A stretch of DNA of 64,000 bases from an uncultured Candidatus Saccharibacteria bacterium (GTDB lineage: Bacteria > Patescibacteriota > Minisyncoccia > UBA11713 > 2-01-FULL-45-33), in assembly GCA_964464405.1 (NCBI GenBank), contig CAYXFX010000002.1:44027-108026 (forward strand). The letters run 5' to 3'. The notes below the pieces were generated by a model, which was not told where the DNA came from, searched no databases, and saw only the letters and a list, made by a program, of their open reading frames with translations. The position numbers and the translations under genes were made by a program. Position 1 is the stretch's first letter. Each line of letters starts with the position of its first letter. This document shows, in pieces, positions 38,555 through 47,474 of this stretch.

Positions 38555-40855
38555 TTAATCCAGTAGCGTGTCAATTGTGTTTTTTATCATTCTTTCTTTT
38601 GAAAATTCCTGCGCTTTTTGCTTTGCATTTTCGGAGAATTTTTTTGCCCGTTCCGGATTTTTTAAAATCTCTAGAATTCTACTTTTAAGTGCTTCTTTAT
38701 CATTGTAATCAACTAAAAATCCACTTTCCCCGTCTTTAATAAGTTCCGGGTTGCCTCCGATATCGGTAGTTACAACCGGAACTCCTAAAGCCATTGCTTC
38801 TAGAATTTGGTGTGACAAGCCCTCATATGCCGTATTTAATACAAAAACATCCGCGGCTCGCAAATACATAAATAATTTTTCTTTGGGTTCATCATGAAAT
38901 ATAAATAACTTTATTTCCGGAATCTCCTGCTTTAATTCGTTAATTGCTTCTTTTAAAGCTTCAAATCCCTTCCATGGAACATTTCTGCCAGCAGAAACAA
39001 CAACTTTGCCGGAAACTCCGAGTTGTCTTCTTGCTTCGTCTTTCAAAATATTTACGTTCGGAATCTCAAACGAATTGTATACAACGTGAATTTTATTTTC
39101 CGGCACTCCCCACATTAAAACGATTTTTTTTAAATATTCGCTCGGGACTATTACGAAATCTGCTTTCTTTGCCACAAACCGCTCGACGAAACGCCTCGCT
39201 TCAGTGAAAAAATCGTATCTGCTTTTTTGAAACTCTTCCAAGTTTGAAAATTGAAAATTGCCTGCCCGCCAATTGGCAGGCGGGGAAATTGAAAATTTTT
39301 GCATATACTGCTCCCACGCATAGTCGCCAACAATTTTCAGTAAAAACTTTTTCCGTAAAATTTTTGCCGCAAGCATTGCTGGCAAACCTACGCTTACGGG
39401 ATCCTGCGCGAAAACAGCATCCGCGTTCCGCGCGAACCGCAGGGCTCTAAAGAAATAAAGTGTATGTCTTAAAACACGAGGATATTTTCTTATTAATCCG
39501 AAACTTAAAATTTTTACTCCAATATTTTTTTTTGGGAGCTCGTCCAACAAAATTTTGCTATACGTTGCCGGCCCCCCCACATCCGGCGGATATAGCCCAG
39601 TGGCTATAAGAACTCTTTTTTTGATGAATAGTTGACTATTAAAAATTTTTTCATAGTCATCCGCAATTTTATCCCACGAAAACTTTTCTCTTACCATTTT
39701 TTGCCCATTATCAACAATACGCGCCAACAACTCTTTATTGTTTAATAAAGTTTTAATCTTCTCCGCCAAATCTTTTGGGTCATCAATTTTTGCAAACAAC
39801 CCCGTTTCTTTATCCTTAATGATGTCTAAAATTCCGCCAACAGGAGTTCCTATTATAGGGAGGCCGGCTGATAAAGCCTCAACGAAAGCATTGCCCATAC
39901 CTTCCGATCGTGAAGGTCGAACAAAAATATCGGCTTGGGATAGATGCTTTGGAATTTCATCGTACGGCACTTCACCCAAAAATTTAATCTGCAATCCTCC
40001 CTCCGAAAAGAATGTTCCTCCCCCTTTTTCCCCCTCCCTTAAAGTAAGGGAGGGGGTCGGTGGGTGGGTTATCTCATTTGCCAAACTTTCTAAAACACTA
40101 CGCTCCGACCCATCACCAATAACTAGAAGTTGGAAGTTTGAAGTTGGTGGTTGGATTTTTTTCAGCTCCGCCATCGCCCTTATCAAAACATCAATCCCAT
40201 TTTTGGGAACCAATCTTGATACAGTAATTATGACATTTGATTTTTTTTGAAAATTGAAAATTGCCTGCCCGCCAATTGGCAGGCGGGGAAATTGAAAATT
40301 GTTTGTATCCACTCCATTATGAATGACTTTTTCTTCTCCGATATATCCATAATCGTGCGCGACATTTAGTAAGTAGTTAGAAATTGCGGTTACGCAATCT
40401 GCTTGATTTAAAATGAATTTAAACATCCTACCTATAATTCCTCCTCTTCCTTTTTTAATCCTTTCGTCACCGTACCCGTATTGGATATTAAAAATGAACG
40501 GAATTTTTGGATAAAATATTTTGCATATTGCCGCCGCCGCTGCGCCGAATGATAAATCTAGCCCAAAAAATAAATTTTCTTTTTTCTTCATAAGTTTTCT
40601 GATCACAAATAAAGAAAAAATTGGCAACAAATATTTATCTATTACGGTTCCGAAACCCAATCTAATTATCTTTCCTTCTGAATACACCTCCTCACTCGGC
40701 AAGTCCTTCCTCATTCGGGAAGTTACAATAATAAAATCAAATTTATTTTTTAACCGCTTAGAAATTTCTTCAACAGCAATTTCCGCACCTCCAATAAAAG
40801 GCCTGTACGCCGTTGTAAAAACGATAATTTTGGGCTTTGATGCGCTTAAATCCAT
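38555..40855 (-). CDS. Tandem double GT4 glycosyltransferase carrying several palindromic/tandem inserts
   Basis: Two GT-B units (GGAE..EGMGNAFVEA; GGPA..EGLSHQILEA). Confidence 0.9.
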   Translation of the reverse strand: MDLSASKPKIIVFTTAYRPFIGGAEIAVEEISKRLKNKFDFIIVTSRMRKDLPSEEVYSEGKIIRLGFGTVIDKYLLPIFSLFVIRKLMKKKENLFFGLDLSFGAAAAAICKIFYPKIPFIFNIQYGYGDERIKKGRGGIIGRMFKFILNQADCVTAISNYLLNVAHDYGYIGEEKVIHNGVDTNNFQFPRLPIGGQAIFNFQKKSNVIITVSRLVPKNGIDVLIRAMAELKKIQPPTSNFQLLVIGDGSERSVLESLANEITHPPTPSLTLREGEKGGGTFFSEGGLQIKFLGEVPYDEIPKHLSQADIFVRPSRSEGMGNAFVEALSAGLPIIGTPVGGILDIIKDKETGLFAKIDDPKDLAEKIKTLLNNKELLARIVDNGQKMVREKFSWDKIADDYEKIFNSQLFIKKRVLIATGLYPPDVGGPATYSKILLDELPKKNIGVKILSFGLIRKYPRVLRHTLYFFRALRFARNADAVFAQDPVSVGLPAMLAAKILRKKFLLKIVGDYAWEQYMQKFSISPPANWRAGNFQFSNLEEFQKSRYDFFTEARRFVERFVAKKADFVIVPSEYLKKIVLMWGVPENKIHVVYNSFEIPNVNILKDEARRQLGVSGKVVVSAGRNVPWKGFEALKEAINELKQEIPEIKLFIFHDEPKEKLFMYLRAADVFVLNTAYEGLSHQILEAMALGVPVVTTDIGGNPELIKDGESGFLVDYNDKEALKSRILEILKNPERAKKFSENAKQKAQEFSKERMIKNTIDTLLD
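39243..39297. repeat. 55-bp repeat, copy 1 (CCTGCC..GGCAGG palindrome in a 7-mer tract)
   Basis: Identical to 40246-40300. Confidence 0.9.
40030..40056. repeat. Perfect 12-bp-stem hairpin inside a CDS
   Basis: CCCCCTCCCTTA-AAG-TAAGGGAGGGGG; lies in insert HPPTPSLTLREGEKGGG. Confidence 0.75.
40246..40300. repeat. 55-bp repeat, copy 2
   Basis: Identical to 39243-39297; offset 1003 bp, so a different reading frame. Confidence 0.9.
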
Positions 40856-40870
40856 TTAGCTAATTATAAC

Positions 40871-42415
40871 TCACTTCGGGAAATATCGTTTAACAAAAAC
40901 ATATGCTAAGCCGCCAAGAAGCCCGGCGCCTGCTCCGTAAAATAGCCAAATATATTCATTCCAAGAGAAATTCTTTGGATTTTCCGAGTTTAAAACAGAA
41001 GCTGTTAAGTTTTCATTTTTAACCTCCGAAACTTCATTTTTGGGTTTAGTTTCGGTTTTAATTTCTTTAACTATTGCTTTTTTTGCAGTAGATAACTTTT
41101 GATTCACCTCTCCAGGAGTAGAGCGCGTAAGCATCCACTCGTTATTTATTAAACTTAAACTTTCGTCCTGCTTTAAATTTGCGTCTTCGTATTTAACGGA
41201 AAGCGCTCGCTTGCCGTTAGGATATAAAACGGCGAGCTCCCCTGTTTCATTTAAAGCAAAACCTAGCGTTGAAGAAGCAACGGCAAGAAAAGCATATGGA
41301 GATAAAAAAGTATTTAACGGAAAATAGTAAGTGCGAATCCCGGAGTTTAAACCGAAATTTGAAATTTCAATTTTTTTATTCGAATCGTTTTTAAATTCCA
41401 CCCATCCATCCGCACCGGTTTTAATTTCCGAGATTCTAAGTGGGCTTTCCATTGCTGCAATTTTAACCGTATGCAGTGCGGATATATCGCCGGAAGCAAC
41501 TGTAAGCGCCGTAATATAATTTCCTGGGTATGAAAAAACATGAGTTACGCGCTTGCCCTCCTTGATAGCCGATCCATCGCCGAAATTCCATAAAAACCGC
41601 GCATTTAAAATCGCTTCTCCCTCCACACCCTCAACCGCACCTTCAAAAAAAACATCTGACCCCGCAATTACCGTGCGGTCGAAACCGGCATACGCTTTTA
41701 TTTTATTTTCTTCGAGAGCACGCCCTTGATTTTGTGCGTAAGATGAATCGTTTTGATTGTTTTGAAACAAACTTTCATTGGGCTGATTAGAAGTATTTTC
41801 ACTAGAGCCGCTTGGCAACGGTGCACTTGTGCCGTTTTTTATAGACCAGCCAGAAGCACTGTTTTTATTTGCAAAATCTTCCAAATTTAAATACTGGTCT
41901 TCTGAAAAATTTGAAATATCAATATAAGATCCCGCAGTCCAAATTCCTATCTCCGCGGCGGAACTTTCCCATGTTTTCTTTTCTCCGCTTTCGGGCTTCT
42001 GATATCTCGCGAAAGAAATAATTGTATCCTTGCTGTGGTTCGTTGAATTAAAAAGCGCAACAGACCCGGAAGAATTACCCATATTCCCCGTCGCAGCTAC
42101 GTGGTACAAATTATTTGCATCATCCGCGCCCGACTTCCGCAAATGAATTTTAACAGCACTTCCCGATTCGAGCGCAAAGTTGGGAAAAGTAAAATATCCC
42201 ATTCCATCAGGATATAAATCCCATCCGTTTAAATTTACTGATTCTGTGCCGAAATTTTTTATCACAATATATTCAAGACCTGTATCGCTGCCGGCTGGAT
42301 CAAACATTATTTCAGAAATCGCCGCGTCTTTAGACGCGGCATAGACTCGAGATGAGAACGAAAAAACCAAAAAAGATAAAATTAAAATAAAAAATCGCCC
42401 ATAATTCATCATCAT
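40871..42415 (-). CDS. Surface protein with lamin-tail-like and PKD domains and a C-terminal membrane anchor
   Basis: Signal peptide, ISEIMFDPAGSD..EYIVIKN, WNFGDG..HVFSYPGNY, C-terminal TM followed by basic residues. Confidence 0.75.
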   Translation of the reverse strand: MMMNYGRFFILILSFLVFSFSSRVYAASKDAAISEIMFDPAGSDTGLEYIVIKNFGTESVNLNGWDLYPDGMGYFTFPNFALESGSAVKIHLRKSGADDANNLYHVAATGNMGNSSGSVALFNSTNHSKDTIISFARYQKPESGEKKTWESSAAEIGIWTAGSYIDISNFSEDQYLNLEDFANKNSASGWSIKNGTSAPLPSGSSENTSNQPNESLFQNNQNDSSYAQNQGRALEENKIKAYAGFDRTVIAGSDVFFEGAVEGVEGEAILNARFLWNFGDGSAIKEGKRVTHVFSYPGNYITALTVASGDISALHTVKIAAMESPLRISEIKTGADGWVEFKNDSNKKIEISNFGLNSGIRTYYFPLNTFLSPYAFLAVASSTLGFALNETGELAVLYPNGKRALSVKYEDANLKQDESLSLINNEWMLTRSTPGEVNQKLSTAKKAIVKEIKTETKPKNEVSEVKNENLTASVLNSENPKNFSWNEYIWLFYGAGAGLLGGLAYVFVKRYFPK

Positions 42416-42430
42416 GAAGCGTAGCGCTCT

Positions 42431-43726
42431 TTATTTTGAAAGTCCAGCAGAAAATAGAAAACGCATAATACGCCCGTTTCCGCGATGAGGAAGTGAGCGA
42501 AGAAAAAATCTAGAAGCCGTGATTGCGGTAAACATGCTTACCAAAATACCCAATCCTAAAGTAAGTGCGAAACCCCTTACTAAACTTGTGCCAAACCAGT
42601 AGAGAATCACGGCAGTAATTAAACTCGATACATTTGAATCTCTGATTGATGTCCACGCACGATTAAAACCTTCCGCCATTGCCGCGTCTAAAGATTTTCC
42701 AGCAAGCAATTCTTCTTTCATTCTTTCAAAAATAAGAATATTCGCGTCCACCGCCATTCCGATCGAGAGAATAAATCCAGCGATGCCAGCTGAAGATAAT
42801 GTTACTGGTATAAATTTAAACAAAAGCAGTGTAAGCGCCCCGTAAACTAAAAGCGCAAAAACAGAAACAAGCCCCGGCAGGCGATACCATAAAATCATAA
42901 AAATCATAACAAGCAAAGATCCGTAAAGTCCGGCCAATAAACTTTTTTTAAGCGATACAGCCCCTAAAGAGGATTCGACGCTTTGTTGGGATAAAAGGGT
43001 TATTGGCAAAGGCAAAGCTCCTGCATTTAATCTTCTCACCAATTGAGTTGCCTCGTCCGTAGTAAAACGTCCAGTAATCTGCGCACGCCCGCCGGAAACT
43101 TTTTCCTGCACAACCGGCGAACTTATAGGAAAGCCGTCTAAAAAAATGGCTATGGGTTTACCTATATTTCTTTCTGTTAAAGTTTCGAAAATTTTTCCGC
43201 CTTCTTCATTAAATTCAAGAGAAATCTCCGGAGTCCCAACTGTTTGATTAAAGTTAACATTTGCCCGCTTTAAAAATCTTCCAGTCAAATTTGTTGAAAC
43301 AAAATCATTAACCCCAAGCGCGCCTGTCGTTGTTGCATTGGGGCTTACTTCCTTGAATTCCAAATATGGCGTCTCTCCGATTGTTTTGATCGCGTCTCCG
43401 ATATTAAAAACCCCAGCAAGTTCGATAATTAATCTGTTTTCTCCGGCTACTTTTTCGGTCTGAATAACTGGTTCCGCGACCCCAAAAAGATTTACACGTC
43501 TTTCGATTACATCGCGAAGTCCTTCCATTGCTTCTGAAATTTCCTCAGGCGTAATGAGCGAGGTGTCTGCTTTGTAAACTAAATGCGTGCCCCCCTGAAG
43601 ATCAAGACCCAACCGAAAAGGCCTAGCCCACCATGAATTTTGAAATCCCAAAAAACTTGCGGCATTTAAAAATCCGGCCAAAGTACCGATTAAAAGTATT
43701 AATAATGCTAGTATTCTTATACGCAC
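42431..43726 (-). CDS. secD: Protein translocase subunit SecD
   Basis: LGLDLQGG, ERRVNLFGVAEP, AGALP, IGMAVDANILIFER, DSN; GTG start. Confidence 0.95.
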   Translation of the reverse strand: MRIRILALLILLIGTLAGFLNAASFLGFQNSWWARPFRLGLDLQGGTHLVYKADTSLITPEEISEAMEGLRDVIERRVNLFGVAEPVIQTEKVAGENRLIIELAGVFNIGDAIKTIGETPYLEFKEVSPNATTTGALGVNDFVSTNLTGRFLKRANVNFNQTVGTPEISLEFNEEGGKIFETLTERNIGKPIAIFLDGFPISSPVVQEKVSGGRAQITGRFTTDEATQLVRRLNAGALPLPITLLSQQSVESSLGAVSLKKSLLAGLYGSLLVMIFMILWYRLPGLVSVFALLVYGALTLLLFKFIPVTLSSAGIAGFILSIGMAVDANILIFERMKEELLAGKSLDAAMAEGFNRAWTSIRDSNVSSLITAVILYWFGTSLVRGFALTLGLGILVSMFTAITASRFFLRSLPHRGNGRIMRFLFSAGLSK

Positions 43727-43893
43727 CCCATTAAAAAATTATTTTTAATCCGAATGACCATAGCATTTAATTTAATATAATATGCCCAGCAATGCAATAT
43801 TAAACGCGAGTAATTTTCTAACGGGGCAAGTGTAATTGATAATTAAAATTGAGTGTGTTATCTTGCCAATAGAATCAATTGGGGGGAAAATAA

Positions 43894-44520
43894 ATGCCGC
43901 GAAATTTGGTGATAGCCGTTGATTTGGATAATACTTTAATTCAATCATCGGCACGATTTAGAAAAGAACAAAAAATTGCGGAAAAATACAAGCTCGATCC
44001 GGAATTGTACGCCCAGTGCATCCGAAATGAATTTATATTAAAAAACGGCAATGGGCGCTATTCCTTCCAGCACTTGTGGCCATTTTTAAGAAAACTTAAA
44101 CCTGATTTGCCAAGAAAAATGCTACACGAGTTAAATGCACTGCTTGACCATCAATATTTTTTCCACGACACAATTAATTTTTTAGAAAATTTTCAAAAAA
44201 AATCTTTAATTTTAGTCTCGTCCGGTGATTATGTTGTTCAATTAAGGAAAGTGCATGCGCATCGCATTGAAAAGTACTTTAAAAATATTTACGTAACCGA
44301 AAACAAACCGGAGGTAATTTCGAAAATTAAAAAAACCAAAACTTTTTTTCTCGATGACGCGCCGCGCCAAATTGATGCCGTAAAGAAGCGAAATCCAGAT
44401 GTTACCTGCATTCTCATGCGCAAACCGCCTCCGTGGGAAGTCAAAACAAAATCAGAACTTGCGGACGTGCATTGCACAAACTTATTAGACGCCGCCGCAT
44501 ACATAAAAAGCAGAATGTAA
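43894..44520 (+). CDS. HAD-superfamily hydrolase
   Basis: VDLDNTL, SSG, KP, FLDD. Confidence 0.75.
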   Translation: MPRNLVIAVDLDNTLIQSSARFRKEQKIAEKYKLDPELYAQCIRNEFILKNGNGRYSFQHLWPFLRKLKPDLPRKMLHELNALLDHQYFFHDTINFLENFQKKSLILVSSGDYVVQLRKVHAHRIEKYFKNIYVTENKPEVISKIKKTKTFFLDDAPRQIDAVKKRNPDVTCILMRKPPPWEVKTKSELADVHCTNLLDAAAYIKSRM

Positions 44521-44537
44521 TCACATTTCTGCTTTTT
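44505..44537. terminator. Bidirectional intrinsic terminator
   Basis: AAAAAGCAGAATGT..ACATTTCTGCTTTTT between convergent genes. Confidence 0.6.
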
Positions 44538-44541
44538 TATT

Positions 44542-45000
44542 TTAAACCAAAACCGAGAAAAGGTCTTCTGGGGTTTTGATTACGCCATGAATTAATTTTT
44601 TTGCTGATATTTCTTCGTATAAATTGTGTGGGTAATCACCCATCAAAGTCCGTTCATCTAAGGAATAAACCATTTTCCCCAATGCGGCCGCGGCAAACAG
44701 CTCCCCCACGACGTTTACCCCCATATATCCGTTCTTATTAAAAATAAAACAGACGTCGGCAACTCTGACTTTTCGAAATAAATGGTCATATACTTTGCCG
44801 GCCACTTCCGCGCGATAAACTGGGTCAATCAGTCTTTCTTTTTCAGGCAAGTGATGTAGATTGTGCTGGTCCATTGCAAACTCGGGATGTAAAATCGTAA
44901 GCCTTACTCCGCGTTCTTTCGCCAATTCATGCAAGTGGTCCATAAAAAAGCTCAAATCTTTGGAAAACCTCTGTGATGAACTAAATACGATTGATTTCAC
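44542..45000 (-). CDS. Nucleoside 2-deoxyribosyltransferase/N-glycosidase-like protein
   Basis: RKVRVADVCFIFN..GYMG..VVGELFAAAALGK pattern of the NDT/Rcl fold; GTG start. Confidence 0.55.
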   Translation of the reverse strand: MKSIVFSSSQRFSKDLSFFMDHLHELAKERGVRLTILHPEFAMDQHNLHHLPEKERLIDPVYRAEVAGKVYDHLFRKVRVADVCFIFNKNGYMGVNVVGELFAAAALGKMVYSLDERTLMGDYPHNLYEEISAKKLIHGVIKTPEDLFSVLV

Positions 45001-45096
45001 CTTTTAATTTTAGCGCCACGTGGAAAATAGGCAATCTGTGGATTAAGTGCCACATTTTCACCAAATCTCCATATTTAAGTAGCTTAATTATATGAT

Positions 45097-45417
45097 ATGA
45101 AAAATAAGTATAAACTAATTATTATCCAATGGTTATCTCTCTTTCTTTTCTTTCTTTTACATCCGGCATTTGCAGGAGCCAACTACACAAACCCAACAAT
45201 TGAAACGAGTTACACTATTGGCTTCTCACAATATTTGCCAATGTATTGGAATTATTACTATCCTAGTTATTCCTCTTATCCTTCTTACCCGTCGTATTAT
45301 TATACTTACCCCTCCTACGGCTATTATCCCAGTTATCAAATGAGGTACAACTATTATCAATCTCCGTATGAGTATAATAATTACAGTAATTACGGATACG
45401 GAAATTTTGGTTATTAA
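45097..45417 (+). CDS. Secreted Tyr/Ser/Pro-rich low-complexity protein
   Basis: Signal-peptide-like N-terminus (PAFA) followed by YPSY repeats. Confidence 0.55.
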   Translation: MKNKYKLIIIQWLSLFLFFLLHPAFAGANYTNPTIETSYTIGFSQYLPMYWNYYYPSYSSYPSYPSYYYTYPSYGYYPSYQMRYNYYQSPYEYNNYSNYGYGNFGY

Positions 45418-45460
45418 AAAATAATTCTCCCCATATTAAAGGGGAGGGTATAGAGAGATA

Positions 45461-45988
45461 TTAAATCTTTCCTAAATCTTTGAGAATCTTATACCACACG
45501 GGCTCCAATCCCATTTCTTCTTTCCACTCGGGGTCTGTATTTTTATTTGCGGTATCTCCGAAAATTGCTCGTGTTAAACTGCCGACTTCAGTGTAAGGAA
45601 CTTTGTATTTTTGCATAAAATATTCCGTACGCTCCGCATATTTTAGTAATTCGTCTTTTGTCGCCAAAAATGCTTCTTTCGCGTCGTCTCCGGCTTTAAC
45701 TTCTCCGTCCCAACTCATAGCTAGAAAAACCGACCAATCGTGATGCGTTCCACCTTCTCTTTTGCATGGATTATCGACACGTCCAGACCAGATCATTTCA
45801 ATTTTTTGGGGTGTAAGCCCGACTTCTTCTGAAGATTCTCTCACAGAATTTTCTCCGGATGTATCTCCGTCAAAATGCCCTGCCGGCAATGCAATAGATT
45901 CAGGATAGTTTTTCCGTTCAATAAGTAGAATGTTTCCGTTTCCTTCAAAAATTGTACCCGAACTTGTGTTATCGCAAATTTTTGCCAT
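45461..45988 (-). CDS. NUDIX hydrolase
   Basis: LPAGHFD..RESSEEVG, GDDAKEA; start placed at MAKIC after the SD AAGGAG. Confidence 0.8.
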   Translation of the reverse strand: MAKICDNTSSGTIFEGNGNILLIERKNYPESIALPAGHFDGDTSGENSVRESSEEVGLTPQKIEMIWSGRVDNPCKREGGTHHDWSVFLAMSWDGEVKAGDDAKEAFLATKDELLKYAERTEYFMQKYKVPYTEVGSLTRAIFGDTANKNTDPEWKEEMGLEPVWYKILKDLGKI

Positions 45989-46050
45989 ATATTTTCTCCT
46001 TAATTGGCAACCCCACACTAAATCTACTCTTATTATTACAGTCTGACACA

Positions 46051-46080
46051 AAAAAGAAAACCTCGAAAGCATCGAGGTTT
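46051..46080 (-). terminator. Intrinsic terminator
   Basis: AAACCTCGA-AAGCA-TCGAGGTTT with a T-tract on the minus strand. Confidence 0.6.
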
Positions 46081-46648
46081 AGTGGATAGTTTTTGTTGGC
46101 TTGGTTTCTTTTCCATTGTATAAAAAATGTTCGGAGATAATTTCAAATTCTCCATCCGTAATAAAACCTGCTTCACGCGCCCCTGCTATGGTTTCGTCCT
46201 GCGTATGAATGATATCGTGCAATGTTTTTATTTCCTCATCTTTTTCTTTTTGAATGACGTCGCAGGTTGTTCCCAGCTCTTTATATCTTTTTTCCTCATC
46301 GGAAAGAGCTGCGAACAAAATCTCATTTCGCTTGCGAATTTTTTCAAGAAGTTGTGCGCAATCTATAGCTTCCCTTTTGAGTTGTTCAAAATATTCATCT
46401 GCAGTCGGCGCGATGTGTCCTGTAGAAAAATCGAGAAGTTTAATTTCGTGCGCAGATGCCCATTCTTGAACCCTTTTATTTAAAAGAAAAACATTGCCGC
46501 TTTCTTCAAAAAGCGTTTCCACAATGACGGGCGCGAGAGCTTGTTCATCTTTTGCGTCATCGAACTTAAAATGTTTCAAACGTAAAAGAACATTATACCG
46601 ATCTTTATATTCTTGATCTCTAATCCTGATAATATGCGCATAAATCAT
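46079..46648 (-). CDS. Hypothetical protein with a coiled-coil region
   Basis: Long ORF with SD AGGAGGTG before the ATG at 46648. Confidence 0.6.
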   Translation of the reverse strand: MIYAHIIRIRDQEYKDRYNVLLRLKHFKFDDAKDEQALAPVIVETLFEESGNVFLLNKRVQEWASAHEIKLLDFSTGHIAPTADEYFEQLKREAIDCAQLLEKIRKRNEILFAALSDEEKRYKELGTTCDVIQKEKDEEIKTLHDIIHTQDETIAGAREAGFITDGEFEIISEHFLYNGKETKPTKTIH

Positions 46649-46715
46649 TTTACACCTCCTTTGATCTAGAGTTTGTTGTATCATATTTTTGAAAAAAAAT
46701 AAACTCTCTGTAAAA

Positions 46716-47381
46716 TTACAGAGAGTTTTCCTTTATTTCCTCTTCCACAATTTGTACGCTTGCGGAGCATCCCAGACGGTTTGCTCCCGCTTCGAGCATT
46801 GCCCGAGCTTGGGCTAAAGTTTTAATTCCTCCTGCAGCTTTAACCCCCATTTTTTTACCCACAACACTACGCATAAGTTTTACATCTTCAACTGTAGCGC
46901 CGTGTACAGAAAACCCAGTCGAGGTTTTTACAAAATCAGCGCCAAAAGCGCGTGCGATATTACAAGCACGCACTTTTTCATCATGCGTCAGCAAACATGC
47001 TTCGATAATAACCTTTAACACAGCATTTGTCGTCCGCCGCACAGTTTGTATATCTCGCGCAAGCAGCCTTAAATTACCAGATTTTAGGGCACCAATATTA
47101 ATAACCATATCAACCTCATCCGCTCCGTCTGCAATTGCACATCTTGCTTCTTCCGCCTTGATTTCTGAACAATTTGATCCTAAAGGGAATCCAACAACAG
47201 AACAAATCTTTAAATTTGAGAATCCTATAAAATAACTACGGCAAAATTCAACCCAGACAGGATTTACACACACTGAAAAAAATCCGTAATTAATTGCTTC
47301 TTTACAAAGCGTCTCAATTTGACTTTGAGTCGCATTAGGTTTTAACAAAGTATGATCAATGTACCGAGCAATGCCCATCAT
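46716..47381 (-). CDS. deoC: Deoxyribose-phosphate aldolase
   Basis: IDHTLLKP, VGFPLG, DEVDMVIN, FVKTSTGF, KAAGGI. Confidence 0.95.
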   Translation of the reverse strand: MMGIARYIDHTLLKPNATQSQIETLCKEAINYGFFSVCVNPVWVEFCRSYFIGFSNLKICSVVGFPLGSNCSEIKAEEARCAIADGADEVDMVINIGALKSGNLRLLARDIQTVRRTTNAVLKVIIEACLLTHDEKVRACNIARAFGADFVKTSTGFSVHGATVEDVKLMRSVVGKKMGVKAAGGIKTLAQARAMLEAGANRLGCSASVQIVEEEIKENSL

Positions 47382-47474
47382 TTTTCTCCTTTCAATCTGG
47401 CATTATTCCTAGCATTAGGAAAAAAAATATGCAAATATAATTTTAGAATATTTTTTGAAAAAAAGGAGCCATGA

